From: an uncultured Chloroflexia bacterium
GTDB taxonomy: Bacteria > Chloroflexota > Limnocylindria > Limnocylindrales > CSP1-4
Reading direction: 5' to 3'
Assembly (NCBI GenBank): GCA_963770795.1
Contig: CAVYQR010000001.1
Location: forward strand, 224,612-288,611
Length of the DNA stretch: 64,000 bases
The notes beneath the pieces were generated by a model. The model saw nothing but the letters and a program-made list of their open reading frames with translations. It did no database searches and had not been told where the DNA came from. Position numbers and translations under genes: made by a program. Each line of letters opens with the position of its first letter. The first letter of the stretch is position 1. Shown here piece after piece: positions 9,923 through 20,817 of this stretch.

Positions 9923-12919
9923 ATGGAACGCCTCCTCCTGCTCGACGGCAACGGGCTCATCTACCGCGGCTACTTCGCGCTGATCGACCAGCCCCTGACC
10001 ACGTCGCGGGGCGAGTTGGTGACGGCTGTCTTCGGCTTCACGAACATCGTGCTGCGCGCGATCCAGGACGCCAGGCCGGACCATATCGCCGTCGCCTTCG
10101 ATCTCGGCAAGCCCACCTTCCGCCACGAGCGGTACGCGGAGTACAAGGGCACCCGGACGAAGATGCCCGACGACATGCGCGAGCAGATCCCGAAGGTCCG
10201 GGACGTGGTGGCGGCCCTCGGCTTCCCGGTGTACGAGCGCGAGGGCTTCGAGGCGGACGACGTCATCGCCACGCTGGCCGGACAGGCGACCGCGATGGAC
10301 CTGGATGTCACGATCCTCACCGGCGACCTGGACATGCTCCAGCTGGTGGGCGAGCACACGCGGCTCATGGTGTCGCTCCGCGGCGGGGTCGCGAACACCG
10401 TCAGCTACGACCTGGCGAGGATCGAGGAGCGCTGGGGCCTGCGGCCGGACCAGATGCTGGACTACAAGTCGCTCAAGGGTGACCCCACCGACAACATCCC
10501 GGGCATCCCGGGGGTGGGGGAGAAGACGGCGTCGAAGCTGATCGCAACGTGGGGCTCGCTGGACGCGCTGTACGAGCACCTGGACGAGGTGACCCCGGAG
10601 AAGCTCCGGCCGCTGCTCGCCGAGCATCGCGAGACGGTGCTCGAGAGTCGTGAGCTCATGCGCCTGGTCCGGGATGTGGACGTTGTCCTGGACCCGGACA
10701 GCGGGCGGGTGGGGGACTACGACCGCGAGGCGGTGGTCCGGATCTTCCGCGAGTACGAGTTCCGGTCCTTGATCGATCGGCTGCCGCCCCTCACGGGTGA
10801 GCGGCCGGAGGACGCCGTCCTCGCGATGCGCGGGCTGAGGGATGCCGGGTTCCCGGCCGCCCAGGGCGCGGGTCGGGGGGCTGGGGGAGGCGGCCAAGGC
10901 GGCACGGGTCGCTCGAGCGGTCCAGGGGCAGAGCGAGGGCAGAGCGCGGGCGGGCCGGCCGACGGGTCGCTGCAGCTGTCGATGGACTTCGACCTTGTCT
11001 CGGGCGGTGCCGGGGGTGGTGCCGGCTCGGCGGCCCCGATCGCGGCGACATCGACCGCGGTGGAGGCCCGGGCCGAGGCGCTCGCGGCCGCGTCCGGGGA
11101 CCTGCCGGGTGCGCTGGCAGCGGCGATCGTGGATCCGGGCCGGATCGAGCTGGCGGATGTGGCCCGTGTCACCACCCTCGAGCCGTGGCTGCGTGAGCAG
11201 GAGGCGGTTGGCGTCGCCCTCGTGGTGGACGACCCGAGGCCTCTGGCCGGCACGCCCCTGGCGATCGCGGTCGCGGGCGTCGACGGACGGGTGTTCGCCG
11301 CGGATGGCGCGGCGGCCTCGATCGCTCTCCGCCACCTGCTGGAGCGCTTGGGAACGCCGATCGTCGGCCACGAGGTCAAGCCGCTGCTCACCGCGCGGTT
11401 CGCGGAGGAGCCCGACGCTGCCCCGACGCCGGTGGCATTCGATACCCAGATCGCCGCCTACCTCGTGAACGCCGCGCTCAGGGCCCAGAAGATTGCCGAC
11501 GTCGTTGCGGAGCGGCTCGACCTCGTCCTGCCGCCCTCGGCCGCGGGCCTCGCCCCGACCGCGATCGCCGGCCTCGAGGCGCTCTCGGTCCTCGCCGTCC
11601 GGCCATCCCTGGAGCAGGCTCTTCGCGACGAAGGCGCCGAGCGCCTGTTCCTCGAGATCGAGCTGCCGCTGGTGCCGATTCTGGCGCGGATGGAGGCGGC
11701 AGGGGTCGCTCTGGACCGGGACGCGCTGTCGGCCCTGGAGCGCGAGTTCGCTACCGAGATCGAGCGGCTGGAGGGGGAGATCTACGCCGCCGTCGGGCAC
11801 GAGTTCACGATCGGCTCGCCCAAGCAGCTGGGCGAGATCCTGTTCGTGGAGCTGGGGCTGCCAAAGGGCCGCAAGACCAAGACCGGCTACTCGACGGACG
11901 CGACCGTCCTGGAGGAGCTTCGCGGCGTGCACCCGGTGATCCAGCCGGTGCTGGACTGGCGGATCTACACCAAGCTTCGCTCGACCTACGTGGAGGCGCT
12001 GCCGAACCTCATCGGCCCGGACGGGCGGCTGCACACGCTGTTCCACCAGGCGGTGGCCGCGACGGGCCGGCTCTCCTCCTCGGACCCGAACCTCCAGAAC
12101 ATCCCGATCCGCACCCCGCTGGGCCGCCGGATCCGGCACGCGTTCGTGGCCGGTTCCCCTGGAACCACCCTCGTCTCCGCGGACTACAGCCAGATCGAGC
12201 TGCGGATCATCGCGCACGTGTCCGGCGACGAGCACCTGGCCGACGCCTTCGCCCGTGAGGCGGACATCCACCGCGAGACGGCCGCGCTCGTGCTCCACAA
12301 GGCGCCGGCGGACGTCACGGGCGACGAGCGGTCCATGGCCAAGATGGTCAACTTCGGCCTGGCGTACGGCATGAGCGACTTCGGCCTGTCGTCCCGCGCC
12401 GGGATCAGCCGGGGCGACGCGCAGGAGTTCATCAACGGCTACTTCGCCGCGTACGGCGGGATCAGCCGCTACATGCTCCACATCCGCGAGACGGCCAAGG
12501 ACCTGGGCTACGTGGCCACGCTCCTGGGGCGACGGCGCCGGATCCCGGAGCTCAGCTCCTCGAACGGGGCACTGCGGGCCGCGGGAGAGCGGATGGCGAT
12601 CAACATGCCGATCCAGGGGACGGCAGCCGACATCGTCAAGATCGCGATGATCCGGATGGACCGGGCGCTCCGCGAGGGCGGGTTGACGTCCCGGTTGCTC
12701 CTCTCCGTGCACGACGAGCTTCTGCTCGAGGCGCCCCGCGACGAGGTGGACCGGTTGGTCCCGGTGCTGCGGGAGGCGATGGAGGGGGCGCTGCCGTTGT
12801 CGGTGCCGCTCACGGTCGAGGCGAAGGCGGGCGACTCCTGGGACGGGATGACACCGATCTCGCGACGCGACGCGGTTCTCGCGGAGGCGGACGAGGCGCC
12901 GGCCGGCCTCGACGGATAG
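9923..12919 (+). CDS. polA: DNA polymerase I (PolA), 998 aa, with a Gly-rich insert between the 5'-nuclease and polymerase domains
   Basis: [19 protein letters not shown]… (5'-3' exonuclease) through …DYSQIELRI…, …MRRAAKAINFG-like, …HDELLLE… (pol motifs A-C). Confidence 0.95.
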   Translation: MERLLLLDGNGLIYRGYFALIDQPLTTSRGELVTAVFGFTNIVLRAIQDARPDHIAVAFDLGKPTFRHERYAEYKGTRTKMPDDMREQIPKVRDVVAALGFPVYEREGFEADDVIATLAGQATAMDLDVTILTGDLDMLQLVGEHTRLMVSLRGGVANTVSYDLARIEERWGLRPDQMLDYKSLKGDPTDNIPGIPGVGEKTASKLIATWGSLDALYEHLDEVTPEKLRPLLAEHRETVLESRELMRLVRDVDVVLDPDSGRVGDYDREAVVRIFREYEFRSLIDRLPPLTGERPEDAVLAMRGLRDAGFPAAQGAGRGAGGGGQGGTGRSSGPGAERGQSAGGPADGSLQLSMDFDLVSGGAGGGAGSAAPIAATSTAVEARAEALAAASGDLPGALAAAIVDPGRIELADVARVTTLEPWLREQEAVGVALVVDDPRPLAGTPLAIAVAGVDGRVFAADGAAASIALRHLLERLGTPIVGHEVKPLLTARFAEEPDAAPTPVAFDTQIAAYLVNAALRAQKIADVVAERLDLVLPPSAAGLAPTAIAGLEALSVLAVRPSLEQALRDEGAERLFLEIELPLVPILARMEAAGVALDRDALSALEREFATEIERLEGEIYAAVGHEFTIGSPKQLGEILFVELGLPKGRKTKTGYSTDATVLEELRGVHPVIQPVLDWRIYTKLRSTYVEALPNLIGPDGRLHTLFHQAVAATGRLSSSDPNLQNIPIRTPLGRRIRHAFVAGSPGTTLVSADYSQIELRIIAHVSGDEHLADAFAREADIHRETAALVLHKAPADVTGDERSMAKMVNFGLAYGMSDFGLSSRAGISRGDAQEFINGYFAAYGGISRYMLHIRETAKDLGYVATLLGRRRRIPELSSSNGALRAAGERMAINMPIQGTAADIVKIAMIRMDRALREGGLTSRLLLSVHDELLLEAPRDEVDRLVPVLREAMEGALPLSVPLTVEAKAGDSWDGMTPISRRDAVLAEADEAPAGLDG

Positions 12920-12920
12920 C

Positions 12921-12943
12921 GGCGGCCCTCCGCGAGGGCCGCC
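12921..12943. terminator. GC-rich hairpin (ggcggccct-cgcg-agggccgcc) between convergent polA and the MFS transporter gene; candidate bidirectional terminator
   Basis: Perfect 9-bp inverted repeat with a 4-nt loop, directly after the polA stop. No U-tract, which is common in high-GC genomes. Confidence 0.4.
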
Positions 12944-12952
12944 GACCCGCCA

Positions 12953-14185
12953 TCAGCCCGCCAGCGGCAGGGCTGGCCCGGATGCCCGGTGCGACCTCCC
13001 GCCGGTGAGCGGCACGGCCAGGGCAGCAATGGCCAGGGCGGCCACCAGGGGGATCACGAACGCCGCGCCCAGGCCGGCCGCGTCTGCGGCGATGCCGACC
13101 ATCGCGGGGGCGACCATCAGCCCGATCCGGACGAACCAGGAGACGAGTGCCACGCCATGTCCGGCAGGGATGCCGGGCCGCGACCCTGCAGCCGCGATCA
13201 TCATCGGGAACAGCCCAGAGGAGCCGATCCCGATCGCGGCGAACCCCAGGAACGCAGCGGGCGCCAGGCCGCTCGCCCCCGAGACGATCACGAGTACGAC
13301 GCCTCCTGCCCCGATCAGGGCGCCGGCGCGGACCACGGGGACCCCGCCGAACCGGTCGACCCATCGGTCGTTGGTCAGCCGGCCCACCGTCATCGCGGCC
13401 ATATAGACCACGAAGGCCATCGCGGCGAAGCCGGCGGACAGCTGCAGCACATCGGTGAGGAACACGGCGCTCCACGTGGCCGCCGTGGTCTGGAGGATGC
13501 TGCACAGGATGCCCAGCATCGCGATCGGGCCCAGCACCCGGAGCAGCCAGGGTGCATTCCGGACGTGGATGTGCTCCGCGGCCGCGTCGCCCGGGGCGTG
13601 GGCATCGGCGATCCGGGCGGGCAGCAGGCTGCGGGACGTGACCAGAACGATAGTGGCGAGCACCGGGGCAACGAGCGCGACCTGGACCTGGACCGGCACG
13701 CCGGCGATCGCAGCGACCGCCCCCACCGCGCCGCCGGCCATGCTGCCCGCGCTCCAGATCCCGTGGAACCCCTGGAGGATCGATCTTCCGTACCGGCGCT
13801 GGACGCCCAGACCATGTGCGTTCATCGAGGCATCCATCGTCGCGTCGAAGGCGCCGAACACGAGATAGGCGAGCGCAAGCAGCACCCACGTGGGCGCCAG
13901 GCCGACGGCGGCCACCAGCAGCGCCGTCGCCGTCCCCGCGACCGCAGCCGTCCGTCCGCTCCCGAAGCGCGCGATGAGCAGCCCCACGAGGCCCCCTGCC
14001 AGCAACCCGCCGACCGGCATCGCCGCGACGGCGAGGCCGAGCTCCGCGTTCGACAGCCCGAGGGACTCCTTGATCGCCGGCAGGCGCGGCAGGATGCTCG
14101 CAAAGCCGGCGCCGTTCACGAAGAACAGGGCGCTGACGGCGATACGGGCGGCGCGAGCCTCGGGCGGGGGGATGGGGTGGCGCAT
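12953..14185 (-). CDS. MFS transporter (12 predicted TM helices)
   Basis: MRHPIPPPEARAARIAVSALFFVNGAGFASILPRLP… with many hydrophobic helices and the MFS-like motif GRLTNDRWVDRFG. Start chosen at ATG 14185, with 14197 as an alternative, inside the longer ORF. Confidence 0.75.
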   Translation of the reverse strand: MRHPIPPPEARAARIAVSALFFVNGAGFASILPRLPAIKESLGLSNAELGLAVAAMPVGGLLAGGLVGLLIARFGSGRTAAVAGTATALLVAAVGLAPTWVLLALAYLVFGAFDATMDASMNAHGLGVQRRYGRSILQGFHGIWSAGSMAGGAVGAVAAIAGVPVQVQVALVAPVLATIVLVTSRSLLPARIADAHAPGDAAAEHIHVRNAPWLLRVLGPIAMLGILCSILQTTAATWSAVFLTDVLQLSAGFAAMAFVVYMAAMTVGRLTNDRWVDRFGGVPVVRAGALIGAGGVVLVIVSGASGLAPAAFLGFAAIGIGSSGLFPMMIAAAGSRPGIPAGHGVALVSWFVRIGLMVAPAMVGIAADAAGLGAAFVIPLVAALAIAALAVPLTGGRSHRASGPALPLAG

Positions 14186-14255
14186 GGGTACCCCCATCGT
14201 GCCTGACGCGGGCGATCGGGGCGCCGCATCGCGACCTGCCCTATCGTCTCCGCCG

Positions 14256-15398
14256 ATGCCTGAGCTTCCCGAGGTCGAGACCGTCGCGAGCGACCTCCGG
14301 CGCCACCTGCTGCCCGAGGACGGCGGCCCCGGCCCGGTGGTGGCCGGCGCACGCGTGGCGTGGCCCGGGACGCTTCGGGACGGCGATCCCCCGGCGTTCG
14401 TGGCCGGCGTTGCCGGGCACCGGATCGAGGCGGTCGGCCGCCGCGGCAAGCTGCTGATCCTCGACCTGGACGGGGGAACGTTCCTGACCGTCCACCTCAA
14501 GATGACCGGGCAGCTGTTCGTGGTCCCGGCCGCCCTGCCCGTGGACCCCTACGAGCGCCTCGCCCTCATGCTGGATGACGGCCGGGAGATCAGGTTCCGC
14601 GACATTCGCAAGTTCGGGCGGGTGGGGCTGTACGCCGCCGACGACCACCCGTTCGACGGCATCGGACCGGAACCCCTGGACTCGCGGTTCACGCTGCGCG
14701 CGTTCCGGACGCGGATCCGGGGGCGTCGCGCGCGCCTGAAGCCGCTGCTGGTGGACCAGGGCTTCATCGCGGGTGTCGGCAACATCTACGCCGACGAGGC
14801 CCTGTGGCGCTCGAAGCTGCACCCGCTCCGATCGGCCGCCTCGCTGCGTCCGCACGACGAGCGGGCCCTGTACCGGAACGTCCTGGAGATCCTGACCGTG
14901 GCCGTGGGGCGGCGCGGCAGCTCCATCGACGACTACACGGCCCCCGACGGCGACGGCGAGATGCAGGAGCACCTGGACGTCTACCAGCGGACGGGCCGGC
15001 CATGCCCGCGCTGCGGCCGCCCGATCCGCCGCATCGTCATCGGAATCCGCGCGACGCACTTCTGCTCGTTCTGCCAGCGGCTCCCGGCGGGGGAACGGCC
15101 CGCGGCCGCCAAGCTGCTTGCGACGATGACGCCGCGCCCGGGACGCCCGGCGAGCGGCCGGCGTGGCCGGCGCTGGGTTGACCTCGACGGTGATGGTGCC
15201 CTGGGCCGCACACTGGACGAGGGTGCGAGGGCCCGCGAGCGCACCGCCCGGACGAAGGCGGCCGCGGCTGCGCGGCGGGCTGCCGCGCGGCGAGGGGCGA
15301 TCGGGGTGACGACGGTGGATGAGGCCACGGGTGCCGATCCTGAGGCCGCAGTCGCCCATCCAGGGCCAGTGGACGACGGCAAAGGCGGCCCGGCGTGA
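14256..15398 (+). CDS. mutM: Formamidopyrimidine-DNA glycosylase (MutM/Fpg) with a ~110 aa Arg/Ala-rich C-terminal extension
   Basis: MPELPEVETV… (catalytic N-terminal Pro-Glu), H2TH region, zinc finger …CPRCGRPIRR…HFCSFCQ. Stop overlaps the next gene's start (GTGA). Confidence 0.9.
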   Translation: MPELPEVETVASDLRRHLLPEDGGPGPVVAGARVAWPGTLRDGDPPAFVAGVAGHRIEAVGRRGKLLILDLDGGTFLTVHLKMTGQLFVVPAALPVDPYERLALMLDDGREIRFRDIRKFGRVGLYAADDHPFDGIGPEPLDSRFTLRAFRTRIRGRRARLKPLLVDQGFIAGVGNIYADEALWRSKLHPLRSAASLRPHDERALYRNVLEILTVAVGRRGSSIDDYTAPDGDGEMQEHLDVYQRTGRPCPRCGRPIRRIVIGIRATHFCSFCQRLPAGERPAAAKLLATMTPRPGRPASGRRGRRWVDLDGDGALGRTLDEGARARERTARTKAAAAARRAAARRGAIGVTTVDEATGADPEAAVAHPGPVDDGKGGPA

Positions 15399-17440
15399 GC
15401 CTCGTCCGGCTGGAGGGCGTTGTCCGGGAGGTCGGCACGTTCGTCATCCTCGACCAGGTCACGGGGGCGGTCGCGCCCGGCGAGCGAATCGGCCTTGTGG
15501 GTCCCAATGGCGCCGGCAAGACCACGCTCCTGCGCATCGTCGCCGGCCGCGACGAGGCCGACCGCGGGACGGTCACGCGCCGGCGCGGGCTGACCTTCGG
15601 CCTGCTGAGCCAGGAGGCCCACTTCGACGAGGCGTTCATGGCCGCGCCGGACCTGCGCGCCGCGATCCGCCACGGCGCGGCCCACCTCGAGAGGATGGCG
15701 GAGGAGCTGGGGCGGCTTGAGCATGGCGGTCACGCGGCCGGGCGGAACTACGCGGACCTCCAGCACCGGTTCGAGGTCCTGGGTGGCTACACCCTGGACC
15801 AGCGCGTGGACGAGGCGCTTTCGGGGTTGGGCTTCGCCCGCGACGAGTGGCTTCGTCCGCCCACCGCGCTCTCGGGCGGCCAGCAGACCCGGGCGGCTCT
15901 CGCCCGACTCGTCATCTCGGACCCGGACCTGCTGATGCTCGACGAGCCCACGAACCACCTCGACATCGGGGCGATCGAGTGGCTGGAGGAACACCTCCGC
16001 CGCCGGTCGGGCGCGCTGCTGGTCGCCTCCCACGACCGGGCGTTCCTGGACGCCACCGTCGCTCGCGTCTGGGAGCTGCGGGACCGCAAGCTCACCGTGT
16101 TCCGCGGCGACTATTCGAGCTACCACCGCCAGCGCGTGGAGCGCGACGCGCGCGCCGAGAAGGACGCCGAGAGTCAGGCGCAGCAGATCGAGCGCGAGGT
16201 GGAGCTGGTCCAGCGCTACCGCAGCCAGCGCAAGCACACCAAGATGCACGAGCACGAGGCGAGGCTGGAGCGGCTCCGCGAGGGGAAGATCGAGGCGCCG
16301 CGCAAGTCCTCCCGTTCCCTCCGCCTTCATGGCCGAGCGCTGGCGGGCGGGCCCGTTCGGTCCGGCGAGCTCGTCATCCGCCTTGACGGTCTGGCTGTCG
16401 GGTACCTGCCGGGCCGCGGCGCGCTTCTCCCCGATGGGACCGATGCCCCGGAGCCCGTGACGGTGGCGGTCGCGCCGTTCCTCGCGGCCCAGCGCGGAGA
16501 ACGGATTGGCATCGTGGGGCCGAACGGGGCCGGCAAGACCACGCTGCTGCGCACGATCGCCGGTGACCTGCCGCCTCTCGACGGTGCGCTCACGTTCGGC
16601 CACCAGGTCCAGCCCTCCTATCTGGCCCAGCTGCGGGACGCGGCCATCCCGGGCGCCACGGTGCTCGACGCGATCATGGAGACGATCCCGCTCACGCCCG
16701 GCGAGGCGCGCGGGTACCTGGCCCGCTTCCTGTTCCGTGGCGACGACGCGTTCAAGGAGGTGCGCTCCCTGTCCGGCGGAGAGCGGTCGCGCCTCGAGCT
16801 GGCGCTGCTCGGGATCCTGCCGTCGAACCTGATGCTCCTCGACGAGCCGACCAACCACCTGGACATCGCGGCGCGGGAGGCGATCGAGGCGTTCCTGGTC
16901 GAGAACGCGGCCACGCTGATCGTCGTCTCCCACGATCGGCGCCTGCTGGAGACGATCTGCGAGAAGCTGTGGGTCGTGGACGGTGCCCTGGCCGTCCCGT
17001 TCGATGGCGGCTACCGGGCCTGGCGGGCGGCCGTCGCCGAGGGCTGGACGGTGGAGGCAGAGGCGAAGCGCCGGGCCCACCGGGGGCGTCCGGGGGCCGC
17101 GCCACCCGCCCGACCGGCCCGACCCGGACATCGGACCACGACCACGGCCGACCGCGGAACGCCGGATCCGGCTCCATCGGCAACCTCGAAGCCCGCCGCG
17201 CGACCCAAGACCCGCACGAAGCTGTCCAAGGACGCGTATCGTCGTCGACGCGAGGTGCTCGACGCAGAGCTCGCCCGCCTGGGCCTCCGCAAGACGCAGC
17301 TGGAGCTGGCCATGACAACCTCGGCCGTGGCCGCCAACTTCGTGGAGATGCGACGCGTGACAAGCGAGCTCGCCGACGTGGAACGGGGACTGGCGGAGGC
17401 CGAGGACGCCTGGCTGCAGCTGGAGGAGCAGGCACCGTGA
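15395..17440 (+). CDS. ABC-F family ATPase (two tandem ABC domains plus C-terminal extension; EttA/Uup-like)
   Basis: Two Walker A motifs (GLVGPNGAGKTTLL, GIVGPNGAGKTTLL), two LSGG signatures, a linker between domains, and no TM domain. Confidence 0.9.
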   Translation: MSLVRLEGVVREVGTFVILDQVTGAVAPGERIGLVGPNGAGKTTLLRIVAGRDEADRGTVTRRRGLTFGLLSQEAHFDEAFMAAPDLRAAIRHGAAHLERMAEELGRLEHGGHAAGRNYADLQHRFEVLGGYTLDQRVDEALSGLGFARDEWLRPPTALSGGQQTRAALARLVISDPDLLMLDEPTNHLDIGAIEWLEEHLRRRSGALLVASHDRAFLDATVARVWELRDRKLTVFRGDYSSYHRQRVERDARAEKDAESQAQQIEREVELVQRYRSQRKHTKMHEHEARLERLREGKIEAPRKSSRSLRLHGRALAGGPVRSGELVIRLDGLAVGYLPGRGALLPDGTDAPEPVTVAVAPFLAAQRGERIGIVGPNGAGKTTLLRTIAGDLPPLDGALTFGHQVQPSYLAQLRDAAIPGATVLDAIMETIPLTPGEARGYLARFLFRGDDAFKEVRSLSGGERSRLELALLGILPSNLMLLDEPTNHLDIAAREAIEAFLVENAATLIVVSHDRRLLETICEKLWVVDGALAVPFDGGYRAWRAAVAEGWTVEAEAKRRAHRGRPGAAPPARPARPGHRTTTTADRGTPDPAPSATSKPAARPKTRTKLSKDAYRRRREVLDAELARLGLRKTQLELAMTTSAVAANFVEMRRVTSELADVERGLAEAEDAWLQLEEQAP

Positions 17441-18057
17441 CGACCGGACCGCGCACCGTCCGCATCGGGATCACGGGACCGATCGGCTGCGGCAAGTCGC
17501 AGGTGGTCCGATGGCTCGCGGAGCTCGGCGTTCACGTCGTGGACGCCGACCTGATCGCGCGATCCGTCACGTCGCCGGGGCATCCCGCCCACGACCTCGT
17601 CATCCGGAGGTTCGGCGCGGCCGTGACCGGCCCGGACGGGACGCTGGATCGCGCCGCCCTCGGCCGGATCGTGTTCTCGGACCCGGTCGCGCTCGACGAC
17701 CTCGAGCGGATTGTCCATCCAGCAGTCCGGCCCCGTATCGTGGAGGCGATCGAGGCCGCGGAGGCGGCCGGCGCCCCGGCGGTGGCGATCGAGGCGATCA
17801 AGCTGGTCGAGGGCGGGCTGGCGGCGACCTGCGACCAGGTCTGGCTCGTGGTCTGCGACCCGGCCGCACAGCGCGAACGACTCGTCAGCCGGGGGACGCC
17901 GGAGTCGGATGCGGACCAGCGGATCGCTGCGCAGGCCGGCCTCGCGGATCGTCTCCAGGCGGCCGCGACATGGGTCCTCGATACGAGCGGGTCGCCCGCC
18001 GAGACCAGGGCGCTCGTCGTGGCAGCCCTCGCGGAGGCGTTGCGCTCAGCTCGCTGA
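17437..18057 (+). CDS. coaE: Dephospho-CoA kinase
   Basis: GTG start overlapping the ABC-F stop. VRIGITGPIGCGKSQVVRWLAELGVHVVDADLIAR… is the typical CoaE P-loop and fold. Confidence 0.85.
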   Translation: MTTGPRTVRIGITGPIGCGKSQVVRWLAELGVHVVDADLIARSVTSPGHPAHDLVIRRFGAAVTGPDGTLDRAALGRIVFSDPVALDDLERIVHPAVRPRIVEAIEAAEAAGAPAVAIEAIKLVEGGLAATCDQVWLVVCDPAAQRERLVSRGTPESDADQRIAAQAGLADRLQAAATWVLDTSGSPAETRALVVAALAEALRSAR

Positions 18058-18191
18058 CGGACGTCGCGCCACGATCGCTCTGAGACGGGTCCGGACCGTG
18101 CAGGGCGCTGCACTGGCGCTGCCGGGGCCGCAGATCGCGAGATGCCAGATCAGTCGGAGGTCTCCAGGCCAGACGACTCGAGACGTCTGCG

Positions 18192-19094
18192 TCAGGGCGT
18201 GGCGGGCGACGCATCCGGCGACGCATCCGGCAAGACACCAGGTGACTCCGAGGGGCTCGGGGTGGGGCTGGCCGGGGGCGCCGACGGCAGCGGGCCCGTG
18301 CCCGGGTAGACCTTCGGGATCGGCAGCCCGTATTGCTCGATGATGCGGGTCGTCGTCTGACCCAGGCTCGAGACATCGATGGTGCGGTTGTCCTCGGTCG
18401 GGCGGAGCGCGATGCTGAATGACGTTGTCCCGGTGGCCTGCAGGTGGCTGATCTCCTCGGCCACGGCGAGCGAGACACGGAGCACGTAGTAGTTCACCGA
18501 GCGCTCGAGGATCTTCACGTTCTGGTAGGTGATCTTTGTCGACTGACCAGACGCGTAGATCCCCTCTGCCTCCATGAGCTCCGGCAGGGCGATCGGCGCC
18601 GTCAGGAACACGTCCACGATCGAGCCGGCATGGACCAGTCCGCCGACGGCCCGATCATCGGGGATCGTCAGTGAGACCGCGCGCCAGGCCTCGCTGTCGG
18701 GCCCGACGGTCTCGCCAGGCTCCAGGATGGAGAACGCGCTTCCGATGGACTGGGAGGCGAGGAGGTTCGCGTACACCGGCTGTCCGGCCAGGATCGTCAC
18801 GGTTGGGATGAGCCCGATGATCTTGGCTGGGTCCGTGAACACGCCCTGCTCGTTGGTGGCATCGGCAGGGACTTCCCGTAGCTCCACATCGGCGGCCTCG
18901 ATGGGCTTGCGTGCCGGGATCTGCTGCCGTGCAACGACGACGGGGACCACTTCCAGGCCGGCCTGTCCGGCCTGCTGTCGAGCCTGGAGGATCATGAGGA
19001 ACACCGCGGCCCCGGCCAGGAGCGCGAGGATGACGCCGAGGATGACGAAGACCTTGCCTCTTCGTTGAACCGGATCCCTGTACTCGAACTCCAT
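18192..19094 (-). CDS. cpaB: Flp/Tad pilus assembly protein CpaB (RcpC) with a Pro/Ser-rich C-terminal tail
   Basis: MEFEYRDPVQRRGKVFVILGVILALLAGAAVFLMILQ… N-terminal TM helix and CpaB/SAF-like domain. Confidence 0.85.
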   Translation of the reverse strand: MEFEYRDPVQRRGKVFVILGVILALLAGAAVFLMILQARQQAGQAGLEVVPVVVARQQIPARKPIEAADVELREVPADATNEQGVFTDPAKIIGLIPTVTILAGQPVYANLLASQSIGSAFSILEPGETVGPDSEAWRAVSLTIPDDRAVGGLVHAGSIVDVFLTAPIALPELMEAEGIYASGQSTKITYQNVKILERSVNYYVLRVSLAVAEEISHLQATGTTSFSIALRPTEDNRTIDVSSLGQTTTRIIEQYGLPIPKVYPGTGPLPSAPPASPTPSPSESPGVLPDASPDASPATP

Positions 19095-19281
19095 TCGTGG
19101 TCACCTTCAGGTCTGGGTCACGGGCACGGCGTTGGGGCGCCGGAGCCCCGGTCCGCAGCCTGCGGGCAGTCCCCTTGCGCACCCGGATTGTCAGTTGGCA
19201 CCGCGATCCCACCTACGGATCGAAAGTACCAAACCGGCCCCGACGGTTGGTCGAGCGGGACCTGGCCCAGGGGGGGCAGGG

Positions 19282-20817
19282 TCAGGGCTGCACCAGGTGC
19301 ACGGGGTTGCCGCGGATCGACACCATCCACGTGGTCGTGTCGCTCGTGGCCGCCGTGAAGGTGTACTTGATCTTCCACCAGCCGCCCTCGATCGCTGCCG
19401 ATTCCGTCGCGGGGTGGGGTGCGGTGTACGAGGCGGGCAGGGGCACGGTGAGCGTCACCCAGGCGTTGTTGTACTGGGCGGTACCACTGATCGTCGTCTT
19501 GAGGGAGGTGACGTTGGTTCCAACCTTCGACCCGGTGGCGGTCGCGTCGGCGGTGTAGCTGAATGGGGTTGCCACGTAGTCAGAGGTGGTTGGCTTCAGG
19601 ATCTCGATCTTCGAGTCGCCTGACGCGTCGCCCGGGTCGAACAGCTGGATGACCATGGTCTTGCCCGCGTGCACGGCATCGATCTTGCCGAGGTAGAACT
19701 GCGTGACGCCGGCCGCCACGTTGGCGTAGATGACCATCTTGCCCAGGCCGTAGACACGCGGCTTGTACGCCGCGATGGTCGGGACCGCTCGCATGCCCCA
19801 CATGTTCTCGGCGCTCGTGCCGAGCTGCTGTGTCGGATGGGCGGCGTCCGTCGTCGTCACCTGGAGCCTGTAGGTTCCGGGTGTCGTGACGGTCTCCAGT
19901 GTCCACCACTGGTTGTGGTACGCATCCGACTGGCAATCGGGCATGGCCAGGAAGGCAGCCGTGGCCCCGACTTGCTTGAGCGCGGTCGACTTGTCCACCT
20001 GCTGCTTGTTCTCGAACAGCGACCCGGAAGTGGCGATCTGCACGTCGTCCGAGTAGTCGAGCGGTGTCTGGGCGGGGTCGGACCACAGCGTGTAGTAGAC
20101 GGAGACCGCGGGCCACCCGCTGACGTTCCACGGGATCCAGTGGTCGCCGGTGCCCTTGTTCGCATCCACCGCGCAGAACGTCGGGTCGTACAGGTCGATG
20201 TTGGTCGCGCCCGCACCTGCCGGCACTTCGATGGCGTACTGGTAGCCTCGGGCGTCGTACTGGCTGTTGAGCGCGGAATAGGGGTTGTAGTAGGTCCCGA
20301 ACGCGTCGCCATACCCCCGGTTCGCTCCCTGGCTCATCGCCGCGGCCCAGAACAGGCCCGAGTTGTCGCCATAGGCGTTCAGCGGGCTGCCCATGGGAAC
20401 GGGCAGCGTGTACTCCGCCGTGGCGGTGCGGGTGATCCGGACGGTGCTCATGCCGAAGATCCGGAGGAAGTACGTCCCGAAGTCCGCGGTGATGGTGACA
20501 TCGAGGCGGCGATCCGACTCGCTGTTGATTGCCGGGCTGATCGTCGCGGCAGGACTCTTGAAGCCGTTCTTCTTTGCCTCGGCCTGCGCCGCAGCCTTCG
20601 CGTTCGTGAAGTCGCCGGGCATGTACGGGACACCCGCCAGCGCCGCGGCCTCCGCGGCGAGCTGGACATGGATGGAGGCGTTCCAGAAGCTGCCGATGTC
20701 GATGACGATGGCCATGATCCCCAGGAACAGGGGAACGCCGGCGACGAACATGACCAGCACCTGGCCGGCATCGCGTAGGTCGTGACGGGGTGCGCGGACT
20801 GTTCGGCGGCGGATCAC
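19282..20817 (-). CDS. TadG-like (Tad/TadE-superfamily) pilus assembly protein, 511 aa
   Basis: N-terminal Tad/TadE-type hydrophobic segment (…VLVMFVAGVPLFLGIMAIVIDIGSFW…) followed by a large Thr/Ser-rich beta-rich domain. Confidence 0.75.
   Translation of the reverse strand: MIRRRTVRAPRHDLRDAGQVLVMFVAGVPLFLGIMAIVIDIGSFWNASIHVQLAAEAAALAGVPYMPGDFTNAKAAAQAEAKKNGFKSPAATISPAINSESDRRLDVTITADFGTYFLRIFGMSTVRITRTATAEYTLPVPMGSPLNAYGDNSGLFWAAAMSQGANRGYGDAFGTYYNPYSALNSQYDARGYQYAIEVPAGAGATNIDLYDPTFCAVDANKGTGDHWIPWNVSGWPAVSVYYTLWSDPAQTPLDYSDDVQIATSGSLFENKQQVDKSTALKQVGATAAFLAMPDCQSDAYHNQWWTLETVTTPGTYRLQVTTTDAAHPTQQLGTSAENMWGMRAVPTIAAYKPRVYGLGKMVIYANVAAGVTQFYLGKIDAVHAGKTMVIQLFDPGDASGDSKIEILKPTTSDYVATPFSYTADATATGSKVGTNVTSLKTTISGTAQYNNAWVTLTVPLPASYTAPHPATESAAIEGGWWKIKYTFTAATSDTTTWMVSIRGNPVHLVQP

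Noticed and set aside
8711-12919. Very long overlapping ORFs on both strands (8711..12712 minus, 8735..12919 plus)
   Set aside because: The only convincing protein content is pfkA (minus, 8711-9838) and polA (plus, 9923-12919). The remainder is stop-free antisense or out-of-frame reading enabled by ~70 % GC.
19094-19282. Looked for an Flp pilin gene (≈60 aa, G-x-x-A-I/V-E-Y-G/A-L-I motif) between cpaB and the tadG-like gene and elsewhere near the tad genes
   Set aside because: No ORF with the Flp consensus was found on either strand. The 188-bp gap contains only GC-rich hairpin-like sequence.
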